Source of the DNA: a virus
Reading direction: 5' to 3' (one strand)
DNA: 64,000 bases
Virus record (IMG/VR): IMGVR_UViG_3300031800_000001
Coordinates: 1 to 64,000 of that record
Positions 9,086-18,574 of this stretch are shown here, one piece after another. The position numbers were made by a program, and so were the translations under genes. Numbering within the stretch: the stretch's first letter is position 1; every line of letters begins with the position of its first letter. The notes under the pieces are model-generated. The model did not search any database. It worked only from the letters and a program-made list of their open reading frames with translations, and was not told the origin of the DNA.

Positions 9086-11377
9086 ATGAAACAAATCGAA
9101 AGAAATCCAAAGTCGCTACAATCACACGGCATTCAAAACACCGTTAAATTCGGAATCAAGGCTTCTGGTCTTGCTCACATCTTCAACGTCTTGCGGAATC
9201 AGTTATACTCCGACAAAATTATGGCAGTTGTACGGGAATATACCTGTAATGCCGTAGATGCTCACATTGATGATGATAAGCGCGACCTCCCTATCGTAGT
9301 GTCCCTTCCCACTCGCTTGCTGCCAGAGTTCAAGGTACGCGATTTCGGCAAGGGACTTACCGATGGTGATATTCAAGATGTGTATGCGTTCTATGGTGAA
9401 TCCACCAAGCGTCAAAGCAATGAGATGATTGGTCAACTCGGACTTGGCTCCAAATCGGCTTTTGCTTACGGTGACAATTTTGTTATCAATTCCTACATCG
9501 ACGGCAAGAAGCGCATCTACAACGCCTTCATTGACCCATCGCAAATTGGTCAAATTTCCAAAATTGGTGAGGAAAACACCAGCGAAGAAAATGGTATCGA
9601 AATCATTGTGCCTGTACGCAATGACGACCACACCGAATTTGAGGAAAAGGCTCATGTTCTTTTTCGCCACTTCCCCGTTAAGCCCACAGTAAAAGGCGCA
9701 GACAGCAGAAAGTTTGAGTACGAGAACCCAAATGTTATCTTCTCTGGCGACAACTGGAAGTGGATTGAGGTCAAAGACCAACGTAATTACCGTAGTAATT
9801 CCGATGGAGCTATTGTTGTGATGGGAAACATTGGTTATCCCGTCGATGAGTATGCCCTTAATCTTTCCCATGAGGATGGGCTTGCCCCCCTCTTGAAAGA
9901 GAACCTCATTATGAATGTTCCGATTGGTGACTTGGAGATTTCCGCATCACGCGAAAAACTTCAATACACCGACTACACACGCCAAAACTTGGTTCGCCAC
10001 TTGAAAGCGGTGAAGGATGGACTCGTAGAAAGCGTGAGCAAGGACTTTAAGCAATGCGGGACTTTGTTTGACGCGAAATGCCTTTTTGGTAGCGTGTTTG
10101 ATTACGCAAGCCCCCTTTACTCATTGAGGAACATCCTAGCGAAGAAGTTGCTTTGGAATGGTAAACAAGTGGATAGCGACAGTTATAGTGTGCCTAGTGC
10201 TACTTGGCCTAAAACGGAATCAGACCAAAGCGTGTACCTTCACGCCTTCAACAAAAATTATCGGAGCAGTAAGTTTAGATGCGAGGAATCAAACAGCATC
10301 AGTTGTACGAAAGGGACGGTGGTTATTGAGAATGATATTGGGCATCGTCGCGGCATCATGGGGCGCATATTACCCCTGCTTCTCGACGAAGGCAAAAAGC
10401 CCTTTATCATCCAATTTCCTAACGCAAAAGTGAAAGCGGCATGGGTAAAAAAGGTGAGTTGGGACGGCAAAATGACCCTGCTATCAAAACTGGAAAAGCA
10501 TAAGTTGAGCGAGTTTGAGGGCTATTCCCCTGTCCGAAATCCCGATGGTAGTGGAGCGGCGAAGGACGTTAAGCATTCCGCGAAATGCTTCACCTACAAC
10601 TATGATGTGGGAGATAAAATCAATCGTTGGAGCAGAGCAAAGTCTCAATACTGGAACATTGCCGAAGCAGACATGGATGCTGGCGGGGTCTATATTCTCA
10701 TCGACAAGTTCATGGTCAGAGGCTTGAAAGGCTACGACCAAGAACCAAAGCGAATGAGCAGTCTCAAGGATTCCTGCAAAGAAGCGGGGATTGTTTTTCC
10801 AACTGTTTACGCCTTCAAGGTCGGACAGAGGAACAAGGTCGAAGGTAAAAGCCAATGGACTACCCTTTGGGATTACATGAAAAAGCAGTTGAAACTGCAC
10901 ATGGAAACCACAGACCTTACGCAAAGGTTCCTTGACCGTACTGCCGCTCTTGAGTTCGTTAATACTCGCAGGAACGACAGACTCGAAAATCTGAACCACT
11001 TGTCTACTTTCCTCACCACAAAGCAGCAATGGAACAGTCTTGATAATAAGCTCGCAGACAAGGATGGCACTTTTGCCAAGTTCGCAGATGCGTTGGCCTT
11101 TATGCACGGTTGTGTGGAAGATACGAAAGGAGTAGACGTTGTGCGCGGTTTGGCGAAGGATTTCGGTCTGACGAAAGACTTTGAAAGCCCGAAGGCTCAA
11201 AAGACTACCCACAATCTGCTTGCCTTGGGCAAAAAGCTGATGGATAAGTACCCGATGATTGCTTGGTTAGATTATCAGCACTTATGCGGTTGGAAAAGCG
11301 GGGAGAAAAAGTTCCTCACGGACATCGCCAACTACATTAACGTGATAGACATTTGTAGCAGTTCTCCCGCTGAATAG
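9086..11377 (+). CDS. rIIA: RIIA-like protein (N-terminal GHKL ATPase)
   Basis: LYSDKI.AVVREYTCNAVDAH, VRDFGKGL, STK..SN..IGQLGLGSKSAFAY, SREKL; rIIB-like gene downstream. Confidence 0.85.
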   Translation: MKQIERNPKSLQSHGIQNTVKFGIKASGLAHIFNVLRNQLYSDKIMAVVREYTCNAVDAHIDDDKRDLPIVVSLPTRLLPEFKVRDFGKGLTDGDIQDVYAFYGESTKRQSNEMIGQLGLGSKSAFAYGDNFVINSYIDGKKRIYNAFIDPSQIGQISKIGEENTSEENGIEIIVPVRNDDHTEFEEKAHVLFRHFPVKPTVKGADSRKFEYENPNVIFSGDNWKWIEVKDQRNYRSNSDGAIVVMGNIGYPVDEYALNLSHEDGLAPLLKENLIMNVPIGDLEISASREKLQYTDYTRQNLVRHLKAVKDGLVESVSKDFKQCGTLFDAKCLFGSVFDYASPLYSLRNILAKKLLWNGKQVDSDSYSVPSATWPKTESDQSVYLHAFNKNYRSSKFRCEESNSISCTKGTVVIENDIGHRRGIMGRILPLLLDEGKKPFIIQFPNAKVKAAWVKKVSWDGKMTLLSKLEKHKLSEFEGYSPVRNPDGSGAAKDVKHSAKCFTYNYDVGDKINRWSRAKSQYWNIAEADMDAGGVYILIDKFMVRGLKGYDQEPKRMSSLKDSCKEAGIVFPTVYAFKVGQRNKVEGKSQWTTLWDYMKKQLKLHMETTDLTQRFLDRTAALEFVNTRRNDRLENLNHLSTFLTTKQQWNSLDNKLADKDGTFAKFADALAFMHGCVEDTKGVDVVRGLAKDFGLTKDFESPKAQKTTHNLLALGKKLMDKYPMIAWLDYQHLCGWKSGEKKFLTDIANYINVIDICSSSPAE

Positions 11378-11392
11378 TAGGCAGCGGGTTTC

Positions 11393-11438
11393 ACAGCGGC
11401 GGTTTTCCTCAAGTTGAGGGAGCCGCCGTTCTTTTGTT
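11393..11438 (+). terminator. intrinsic terminator
   Basis: GCGGCGGTTTTCCTCAA/TTGAGGGGAGCCGCCGT hairpin followed by TCTTTT. Confidence 0.7.
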
Positions 11439-11661
11439 GCGTATTTCAATTTATTAAAAAATAAAAAACTTGTTGACTTTCTACTTATAGAGGCTAGAAT
11501 ATAGTAGATGCACAATGCCAAAACATTTGGAGAGATTGAAGTCGGAAGCGTCTTTAGGCTAGACGGGAAGAACTGGCAGAAGGTCAGCGAGGTTTCCGCT
11601 AGAGACTTGAACCCGCCTCCCCCTATGCAAATTGAGCCAGAAACGCTAGTAGAGACACTTT

Positions 11662-11889
11662 ATGAGCATCAAAACGAAGCATAAGCAGCGCAAGGTTAAG
11701 CTATACAGCAAGGACATCATTGACGATATGCGTGAGCGTCTTTGCAAGGCTGAATCGGAAGGCGTATTAAGTAAGAAGAATAAACTTGTCCACAAGATTC
11801 TATGGGAGGGTTGTCACGGCTGGAAGAACATCCATGATGCTATTGTCATTACGCAATACGAGGAAGTCTATGGCGAATATAAAAAGTAA
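11662..11889 (+). CDS. hypothetical protein, paralog of 779..964
   Basis: DMRERL...LWEGCHGWKN. Confidence 0.65.
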   Translation: MSIKTKHKQRKVKLYSKDIIDDMRERLCKAESEGVLSKKNKLVHKILWEGCHGWKNIHDAIVITQYEEVYGEYKK

Positions 11890-11925
11890 TTTATCCTTTT
11901 TCTCTTACGAGAAAAATTTCTTAAA

Positions 11926-12174
11926 ATGGTAGACCCACAAACAATCAAAAAAGTGCAAAATTTTCCCAATGATGAAAAAACAGCAAAACTGTATGTTTAT
12001 GAAAAATTGGTAGAACATTTGGAGACACAGCGGGAGCAGTCCACCGACCCCGAATATCGGGGCGGGAAGGGCAACAAGCGTGATGCTCGCCGCGAGCTTT
12101 TCCGCTTACAGGTTGCGTTACGCACCATCAATTCTCATTTGAGTGATGCGAAAGACTTTTTGCAAAAAAAGTGA
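11926..12174 (+). CDS. hypothetical protein
   Basis: 82-aa ORF. Confidence 0.55.
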   Translation: MVDPQTIKKVQNFPNDEKTAKLYVYEKLVEHLETQREQSTDPEYRGGKGNKRDARRELFRLQVALRTINSHLSDAKDFLQKK

Positions 12175-12183
12175 CGAATATGC

Positions 12184-12212
12184 TTGCATGGAAGTTAGAA
12201 TTCCATTAAACT
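12184..12212 (+). promoter_or_regulatory. TAGAAT-class sigma70 promoter for rIIB
   Basis: TTGCAT-N6-TAGAAT-N5-TAAACT. Confidence 0.65.
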
Positions 12213-12250
12213 AGGGATAGTCAGTTAAACAAAGCTAACAGAAAGAAAAA

Positions 12251-13105
12251 ATGATACCCTATATACTCACAGACAACTCACTCACCGTAGTAATCGAAGG
12301 CAAGGCACACACGATGGCGAATACCCATCCAGCGTTCCTCCAAGCTCAAGAAGCATTGAAAGATGAAAATTGGGATAAGCTCAAGAATATGTTTGATGTA
12401 AGCAAGGCAGTCGGAGAATTTTTCGACAATGATGCTAACATCGAAGTCAAGGACGGAGCGGTTCACTACAATGGCGAAATTGTCCACAACCTTGTGGTTG
12501 ACAAGATTCTCGACTTCATGCGGAAGAATCTACCGTACCAACCTCTTGTTAAGTTCCTTGGCAAGTTGATGGAAAACCCCTCGCATCGCGCCGTGGACGA
12601 ACTCTACTCGTTTTTGGAGCATAAGAATATGCCCCTGACCCCCGAAGGCAATTTCCTCGCCTATAAGGGAGTGAACTCGGACTTCACCGACTTCTACTCC
12701 GGTAAGTTCTCCAATAAGGTTGGAGAGGTTCTTGAGATGCGTCGAAATGGCGTGTGTGATGACCTCAACAAAGGTTGTTCCTCTGGTTTCCACGCTGGAA
12801 GCTACGATTACGCCAAAGGCTATGCCTCTGGCGGGGGGCATCTGTTGGTGGTCGAGATTGACCCTTCTGACGTTGTGAGCGTTCCGCTTTGTAGCGATTG
12901 TCAGAAATTGCGTACAAGCAAGTATAAGGTCGTTGCGGTGTACGAAACCATTGAAGCTCCCGCCTTGGATGAGGCTCTTTACGAGTCCTACGATGATGAG
13001 GAAGCCGATGAGGTTGGGCGCGACGAGTACAACGAAGGTTGGTTCGCTGGCTACCAAAAAGCCAAACAGGACATAGTAGACAGTATGGACGACCCAAGTG
13101 TGTAG
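12251..13105 (+). CDS. rIIB: RIIB-like protein
   Basis: L..NPS.RAV.ELY.FL, GNFLAYKGV, M.RN.V.DD....CSSGFHAGS..YA, DP.DVVSVP. Confidence 0.9.
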   Translation: MIPYILTDNSLTVVIEGKAHTMANTHPAFLQAQEALKDENWDKLKNMFDVSKAVGEFFDNDANIEVKDGAVHYNGEIVHNLVVDKILDFMRKNLPYQPLVKFLGKLMENPSHRAVDELYSFLEHKNMPLTPEGNFLAYKGVNSDFTDFYSGKFSNKVGEVLEMRRNGVCDDLNKGCSSGFHAGSYDYAKGYASGGGHLLVVEIDPSDVVSVPLCSDCQKLRTSKYKVVAVYETIEAPALDEALYESYDDEEADEVGRDEYNEGWFAGYQKAKQDIVDSMDDPSV

Positions 13106-13107
13106 GT

Positions 13108-13138
13108 AAACCCCCCCGATTCATTTCGGGGGGTTTTT
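13108..13138 (+). terminator. intrinsic terminator
   Basis: AAACCCCCCCGA...TCGGGGGGTTTTT. Confidence 0.75.
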
Positions 13139-13159
13139 AGATTTAACTATTTATTGAAA

Positions 13160-13390
13160 ATGACTAACAAACAAGTAATGCAAAACATAGTCGAGCTTGC
13201 TGCAAGGCAGCGGGACGAAGGCGATAGTGGTCAGGAGTTTGTTGCTACCTCCATGTTCGCCATTGCAAGCGTGTGTGCCACAAGCGATTTCCCACAGGAG
13301 GAAGTCCAGAGCCTCGCGGCAAAAGCGATTGAACAGGGATACCAAAGGCCCGATGTGGGCGCGTGTGATGTCGATAAGGGTTTGGAATAA
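13160..13390 (+). CDS. hypothetical protein
   Basis: ORF between terminator and RNA motif. Confidence 0.5.
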   Translation: MTNKQVMQNIVELAARQRDEGDSGQEFVATSMFAIASVCATSDFPQEEVQSLAAKAIEQGYQRPDVGACDVDKGLE

Positions 13391-13397
13391 TGAATTT

Positions 13398-13464
13398 TTC
13401 GCGGAATAGAATCGTAAGAGAGCTACGGTCAAGGCAAATGTCTGCCTGTATTGAACACCGCGAA
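13398..13464 (+). ncRNA. unknown three-way-junction RNA motif, copy 2
   Basis: TTCGC-GGAATAGA-ATCGTA(AGAGAGC)TACGGT-CA-AGGCA/TGCCT-TTGAACACC-GCGAA. Confidence 0.75.
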
Positions 13465-13475
13465 TTTACTTTGGC

Positions 13476-13552
13476 GTATTTACGGAATAGAGCCAAGAGA
13501 GAGTCTTGGACAGCCTTTAGATGTGTTGTGGCGAGTTGAACACCGTGGATAC
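13476..13552 (+). ncRNA. unknown three-way-junction RNA motif, copy 3 (tandem with copy 2)
   Basis: GTATTTAC-GGAATAGA-CCAAG(AGAGAGT)CTTGG-CA-GCC/GGC-TTGAACACC-GTGGATAC. Confidence 0.75.
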
Positions 13553-14259
13553 CCCTTCTTTTACATATATCTTTGCGGCTCTTTCTATTCTCTTTTCATT
13601 TATGTTGTGTTTATTTGGTATAGAGAACAATGAATTTAGAAAAAGCCCCTTTTACTATGCTTTTATTAAGGTTACAGGGGGAGAGAGTATAAAGAATAGA
13701 GTGTTAAAGTGTTTTGAAAATGAGTTGAAATGGAGTGCCTCATATTTATATTTATTAAAATTTAATCAATTTAGCTTCCCATTTACAATCTATACAACAT
13801 ATAACACAATACAAAGAGATATACACAATGCAAAAAATTAAAATGATAGGAGAAATTACATGGACGATATTGGTTACATTATTATACTTATGCTTGGTTG
13901 CAGCTTTGGCTTTACTTTGTTTAATCTTTTCAAAGAATAACATTTATAGTAGAAAAAAAGTCCCAGCATTTTGAGCCATAAATAAGTGGCACGACGAGCA
14001 TAATTATATTAAAAGTCAAGAAAAAAGTCCCAATAATTTGAAATTAAAAATATATAAAAAAAGTCCCGATTTTTCAATGATGCAAATAAGCCACGCGACT
14101 CCGTTTTCCTATGATAAAAACCCATTTTTGAGTGATTTTTGTGCTTTTTTGTATAATAATAAAGATTTTATTCCTATTAGATGAATTTTCATTTATTAAA
14201 AATTAGAAAATGGCTTTTTTTTCGTTTTTATTGCTATAAAAATGTAATTATTATATGAT

Positions 14260-14451
14260 ATGAATACCAATATGGCCCAAAGATACGAGCAAGCATGGCA
14301 TAAAGTCTATTATGAGTCGCCGCGCTGGATGCAAGCAGCAGTTATTGACGATCCGACAGGTAGACTCGCCTCTGCCCTCGCGCAGGAGGCTGTGCTGGTT
14401 GCGGAGATAGACAACAAGCCCATAACGACAGGTATATTAAGCAATGATTGA
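14260..14451 (+). CDS. hypothetical protein
   Basis: ORF after AT-rich tract. Confidence 0.5.
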   Translation: MNTNMAQRYEQAWHKVYYESPRWMQAAVIDDPTGRLASALAQEAVLVAEIDNKPITTGILSND

Positions 14452-14605
14452 AAAAGATAGTGTTTATTGGTCTATACATAAAATTGTATTTGAGGAGATG
14501 TATGATGATTTAGATGATAGTATTAAATCTATTATACGAAACAAACCACAAAGCCGCGAGGGCGGGTTACTTAATGAAAAAATTGATTTAGAGGTGCGAA
14601 AGAGA

Positions 14606-14634
14606 TTGACTCAAGGTTAGAATTCCTGTACTAT
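14606..14634 (+). promoter_or_regulatory. TAGAAT-class promoter, probably leaderless transcript
   Basis: TTGACT-N6-TAGAAT-N5-TACTAT, ATG 5 nt later. Confidence 0.7.
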
Positions 14635-14639
14635 TAGGT

Positions 14640-14882
14640 ATGGCAAGAGGAAAAGTCAAAGGTGCAACAAGTTTCGTCCTAGTATCTCTGGACGACTTAA
14701 ATCATGTTCTGCGTCCAGCCGCTATGGTGATGTGCAGTCGCAAATTTGCTGACACGCTACATCTCAAAAGCAAGAGGGTTGAGGCGGGGTATGATACCTA
14801 CGCATTCGTCAACAACCAAGTAGGCGTTGTGAAGGACATGGAAATGAGTGCCATCCCAGAGGAAAAAGCCCTTGACTTTTAG
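14640..14882 (+). CDS. hypothetical protein
   Basis: ORF directly after promoter. Confidence 0.65.
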   Translation: MARGKVKGATSFVLVSLDDLNHVLRPAAMVMCSRKFADTLHLKSKRVEAGYDTYAFVNNQVGVVKDMEMSAIPEEKALDF

Positions 14883-14914
14883 TTAGAATCGGGCTAAAAT
14901 TACATATACTACAA

Positions 14915-15865
14915 ATGACTACTGATACAGAATACTTTCCTACGGTTGTGGGACAAGAACGGGCCAAGCGTAAGTTATCTTATTTTTTAGATAATTGGAA
15001 AAGCTCTGGCGTACTCCCAAACACAATGTTCGTCGCGCCTCGCGGGTGTGGCAAAACCATGCTGGCTACGCTTCTCGCGGCGACCATGAAAGAACACGCG
15101 CCGCGCAAGATAGGTCGTGTGGTGAACTGTGCGTCCATCAAGAACCTTAACCAGTTCATCAACGGGACGATTATCCCCTATATCCAGAACAAGGACTGTA
15201 CTCTCCTGTTGGACGAGGCATCCGAACTCCCCCGCGATGTGGAGATGGCACTACTGACCATCCTTAATCCCAATCCAGAGAACCGCAACACTTTTTCGTA
15301 TGAGGACTATACGATTGACTTTGATTTCACGCGCCAGACCTTTCTGCTCGCTACCACCGAAGCACACAAGGTTTTCCATGCTCTCATGGATAGGCTTGAC
15401 CGTGTGGATTTAGAGGAATACAAGAATCATCATCTTGGGGAGATTATTCGGCGCAATCTTGTTAATGCTGAATTTGACGCTGGCGTATTGGATGAAATTT
15501 CCACCGTGCTGCGTAGCAATGCGCGTCAAGCACAACGCATGGCAAACAACATTCGTAATCTTCTCACCAAAAAGAAATCCAAAAAATTCACAAGAAAGGA
15601 TTGGGAGCGGATGAAACACCACCTTGGCATCCGTCCTTTGGGCTTAAACGAAAACGAGATTCTGTGTCTCCGTGCCTTGTCAGAGAAGAAGGCGTCGAGC
15701 CTCACTTGCATCAGCGCGAAGTTGGGTATGTCAAAAGAGGTAATTCAACGCGACATTGAATTGTATCTCCAAAAAATGAATCTAATGGAAATCAGCACCG
15801 ATGGTCGTAGTTGTACTGCATTCGGACTGAAGTATTTAATGCGCCATGTTGAAGATTGCGAATGA
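14915..15865 (+). CDS. RuvB-like AAA+ ATPase (Holliday junction helicase-like)
   Basis: VGQE..K, Walker A APRGCGKT, Walker B LLLDEA, LATTE, DRL, C-terminal winged-helix-like region; no RuvA seen in window. Confidence 0.8.
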   Translation: MTTDTEYFPTVVGQERAKRKLSYFLDNWKSSGVLPNTMFVAPRGCGKTMLATLLAATMKEHAPRKIGRVVNCASIKNLNQFINGTIIPYIQNKDCTLLLDEASELPRDVEMALLTILNPNPENRNTFSYEDYTIDFDFTRQTFLLATTEAHKVFHALMDRLDRVDLEEYKNHHLGEIIRRNLVNAEFDAGVLDEISTVLRSNARQAQRMANNIRNLLTKKKSKKFTRKDWERMKHHLGIRPLGLNENEILCLRALSEKKASSLTCISAKLGMSKEVIQRDIELYLQKMNLMEISTDGRSCTAFGLKYLMRHVEDCE

Positions 15866-16142
15866 AAGTCTGGACGTAATTAAAGGTGATTGTCGCCTTG
15901 CGTCTGCGGCACAGGTTGCGGAAGGGAAATGGCTTGCCCACCCCATCAAAGGCAACCACATGATAATGTTTCTTTATACTAATGGTATATTATCTTTATC
16001 AATGGGGGAGTCAGAATATGAATGCGCAAATAGTTTTCAAATAATAGCTTTCGATGACCAACTTATATATTGCGTAAAAAAAATAACATTTAAGCAGATA
16101 TTAGATTTATTAAATTGGACTTGTGAAGATTATTGTGATTGA
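15846..16142 (+). CDS. hypothetical protein
   Basis: ORF overlapping the RuvB-like gene end. Confidence 0.45.
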   Translation: MLKIANESLDVIKGDCRLASAAQVAEGKWLAHPIKGNHMIMFLYTNGILSLSMGESEYECANSFQIIAFDDQLIYCVKKITFKQILDLLNWTCEDYCD

Positions 16143-16173
16143 CATGAAAATAGAATTAGTTTAGTATAAATGT

Positions 16174-16261
16174 AGTTAATGGTAGTTGGTGACTCCGTTC
16201 ATCTGTATGTCACCACTCCTCCTAGGGCGGCAGCCTTCCTCTTGGGGCTGTCGCTCTTTTT
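16174..16261 (+). ncRNA. candidate ~90-nt sRNA with anti-SD linker
   Basis: Promoter 16139-16167; hairpin TGGTGAC/GTCACCA; linker CTCCTCCT; terminator hairpin plus T-run. Confidence 0.5.
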
Positions 16262-16568
16262 CTTGCCCACTTTTATAGATTATTTCAAATAGACAAAAAT
16301 GTCGGATTATTTCAATTAGTGCAAATAGTAAAAGAAGTCCGAATATTCCAATGATGCAAATATACATATGATATCGTTTTATTTACATGAGAGGGAAAAT
16401 CCTGTCGATAAATAGTTGATAAATAAAGCTTGACTTTTCGCCAAAATCGGCGGGAACCCGATATTAGTAGGTGGACGATATACTTGCGGGTCCCCGATTT
16501 TTTGTCAAGCAAAAAGAACCCACCGACCCCGAAAAGGGCCGATGGGTCGCGGGTTTGCTCCCACCCCC

Positions 16569-17279
16569 CTAGTTAAGATTGCACAAGGCAGTCTGAACAG
16601 ATGCTTTCTTCGTTTTGCACAGACGAGGATGCTGGGCCTCGAATTGGATGCTGATGCGTTGCGTGGGTCGGACTACAACTCTCCTGCCGAGGTCGCCGTT
16701 CCAATCTTTTGGCTGTCCGCCGTACTTCTTGTTGACTCGACCCTTCAACCATATACCATGTTGCGCCACACCGTAGTATAATCTACTTGTGCCAGCAGCA
16801 GTTTTTTGAACTAACTCGATGCTTGCGATAGTAACTTCAATGGTTGTCTTGCGCGGGGCGTAGTTGGCGAACTCGTGGAACTCGACCTCTTTCCAAGTCG
16901 CGACTTCGGCGTTGATGATAAGCGTTGCCAGCGTTTCATTCGGCACGCTTTCATACCACTCGTAACCATTCTTTCCGTATCTGTCGGTGAAGTAACCGTT
17001 AAGACCATGACGGGTAAGGAAATTCTTTCCCATGCGTTCAATGTCAATAGCGGCGGTTTTCGGTGCGTTCCCATTCGTGGGAGTGCCATCGTACACAACG
17101 GCCATTTCGAGTTGGTATTGCGTGCTTAACTCTGCTCGTCTCCGCTCTATGTTATTTGTCCAGCCGAGCTTTGTAAACCGATGAGGGTTTTCCTTGCTCT
17201 GCATGACATAAAACACATTAAACGGTAGTGTGTGGTCTTTTCCTGACCCTTTGATAATGTATTGTATATGTTTTTTCAT
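16569..17279 (-). CDS. T5orf172 / GIY-YIG-superfamily domain protein
   Basis: FYVMQS...TKLGWTNNIERRRAEL...IER...YEWY pattern. Confidence 0.65.
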   Translation of the reverse strand: MKKHIQYIIKGSGKDHTLPFNVFYVMQSKENPHRFTKLGWTNNIERRRAELSTQYQLEMAVVYDGTPTNGNAPKTAAIDIERMGKNFLTRHGLNGYFTDRYGKNGYEWYESVPNETLATLIINAEVATWKEVEFHEFANYAPRKTTIEVTIASIELVQKTAAGTSRLYYGVAQHGIWLKGRVNKKYGGQPKDWNGDLGRRVVVRPTQRISIQFEAQHPRLCKTKKASVQTALCNLN

Positions 17280-17370
17280 GTCTTTAGTATATGTATCTTG
17301 TTTTAATAAATCCTTACCCTTCCAGAATCATATGGGTTCGTTCCCAAAACTGAAAGGGCAAGGGGGTTCT

Positions 17371-18282
17371 TTAGTTGTTCTCCACCTTTATCGGGAGGAG
17401 GAACGACTTCAGAGTGTTCTCGTCAAGACTCATCTTATTGAGCTTGCGTAGTACGTTGGTGTTCACCTTGTTCGCCAACTCGTAACGCTTCGGTTCAACA
17501 ACCCTAGTCAGGTGTTGCGTTGTCGCGTTGTAGAGGTTGTAAAGGTTGCGACCATTATCTTCACCGTAGCTTGGGTCATTCCAGATTGCTTCGATGCTGT
17601 CCTTCATGTTGCCAGAGGTGATGATTTTCTTCTTCTCAAGGTTGGCGAGAATCGTCGCGCCTTGGGATTGTTTGATTTCGGTTTCACCCAAACGGTCAAA
17701 CACTAGGGCTTGTTCGTCTGCCATGCCGAGGGCTTTTGTAATGCCTTCGCCAAGGAAACCGATGTCGATGCCAGACTGATGGCGGCGAGTCAATTCAAAC
17801 TCCTTCGCCAGCGCAACCATGCCATTGGTGCAAACCAACCGCAGGAATCCTAGTTGAACGCTCAAACGTAGAGAGCGGTCATAGGAGTTTTTTACAGTAA
17901 GACGCAAACCTAACTCATCACCGACACGCCTATCTTCGCGCCGTTTGAGTTGGTGGTTTTTATCTTTGAGGTCGTAGGTGACATAATTACGCTCACCGTT
18001 TCCGATAACGCGAACAGTCTTTTCCCACTTATCCAATCCCTTGTCCGACAAAATTCCTTCAATCTCGTCAATTACGTCAGGGGTTTGTACGATGCCGTAC
18101 CTTTCGCTGCAACTGCCGAGGGCAGTCTTTACGCCTTTACGGAAATTACCGTAAACTCCAGCGAATGTTGGGTCGTTTCCATCCTCGTTTAACGTGGCGA
18201 TTTGCTCGTCAGTTAAATCGTAGAGACGGCGGGTCGATACGCGATAGCTCGCGTCTGTGCTTTGTTTTATTACTTTTGGCAT
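17371..18282 (-). CDS. DUF932/DUF945-family protein
   Basis: NSYDRS...LRLVCTNG...RRH, NLYNLYNATT. Confidence 0.8.
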   Translation of the reverse strand: MPKVIKQSTDASYRVSTRRLYDLTDEQIATLNEDGNDPTFAGVYGNFRKGVKTALGSCSERYGIVQTPDVIDEIEGILSDKGLDKWEKTVRVIGNGERNYVTYDLKDKNHQLKRREDRRVGDELGLRLTVKNSYDRSLRLSVQLGFLRLVCTNGMVALAKEFELTRRHQSGIDIGFLGEGITKALGMADEQALVFDRLGETEIKQSQGATILANLEKKKIITSGNMKDSIEAIWNDPSYGEDNGRNLYNLYNATTQHLTRVVEPKRYELANKVNTNVLRKLNKMSLDENTLKSFLLPIKVENN

Positions 18283-18321
18283 TTGTTTGCTTTCTCTTGT
18301 TGTTTCAATCTCACTATTAAG

Positions 18322-18350
18322 ATTATCGCATTATTCTATTTTTCATGCAA
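18322..18350 (-). promoter_or_regulatory. TAGAAT-class promoter for DUF932 gene
   Basis: Minus strand TTGCAT-N6-TAGAAT-N5-GATAAT. Confidence 0.6.
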
Positions 18351-18511
18351 GCCTAAAATCGCTATAACTGAAACTTTCTTTTGATTGAGTTATTTGCACT
18401 ATCCCAATAATACCATGATTCTAAAAATCGGCCAGCTTTTTCTGTTGTGAGTAAATAAGGCTTGACATCGGGGGCGCGGGTCCCCTAATGTAATCGGGTC
18501 CCCGCCGCGGC

Positions 18512-18568
18512 TGTGAATAACCTGTGGATAAGTTTAGGGTTGACAAGGGGTCTTTTTTGTGTTATATT
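18512..18568 (+). promoter_or_regulatory. tandem DnaA boxes plus sigma70 promoter
   Basis: TGTGAATAA 18512, TGTGGATAA 18523, TTGACA(18540)-17-TATATT, ATG 18575. Confidence 0.75.
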
Positions 18569-18574
18569 ATAAGA

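Noticed and set aside
9203-13124. Long minus-strand ORFs inside rIIA and rIIB
   Set aside because: Antisense shadows of well-supported genes, with no motifs
13451-13943. ORFs over RNA motif copy 3 and the AT-rich tract
   Set aside because: Non-ATG starts or low-complexity products; they overlap the conserved RNA structure
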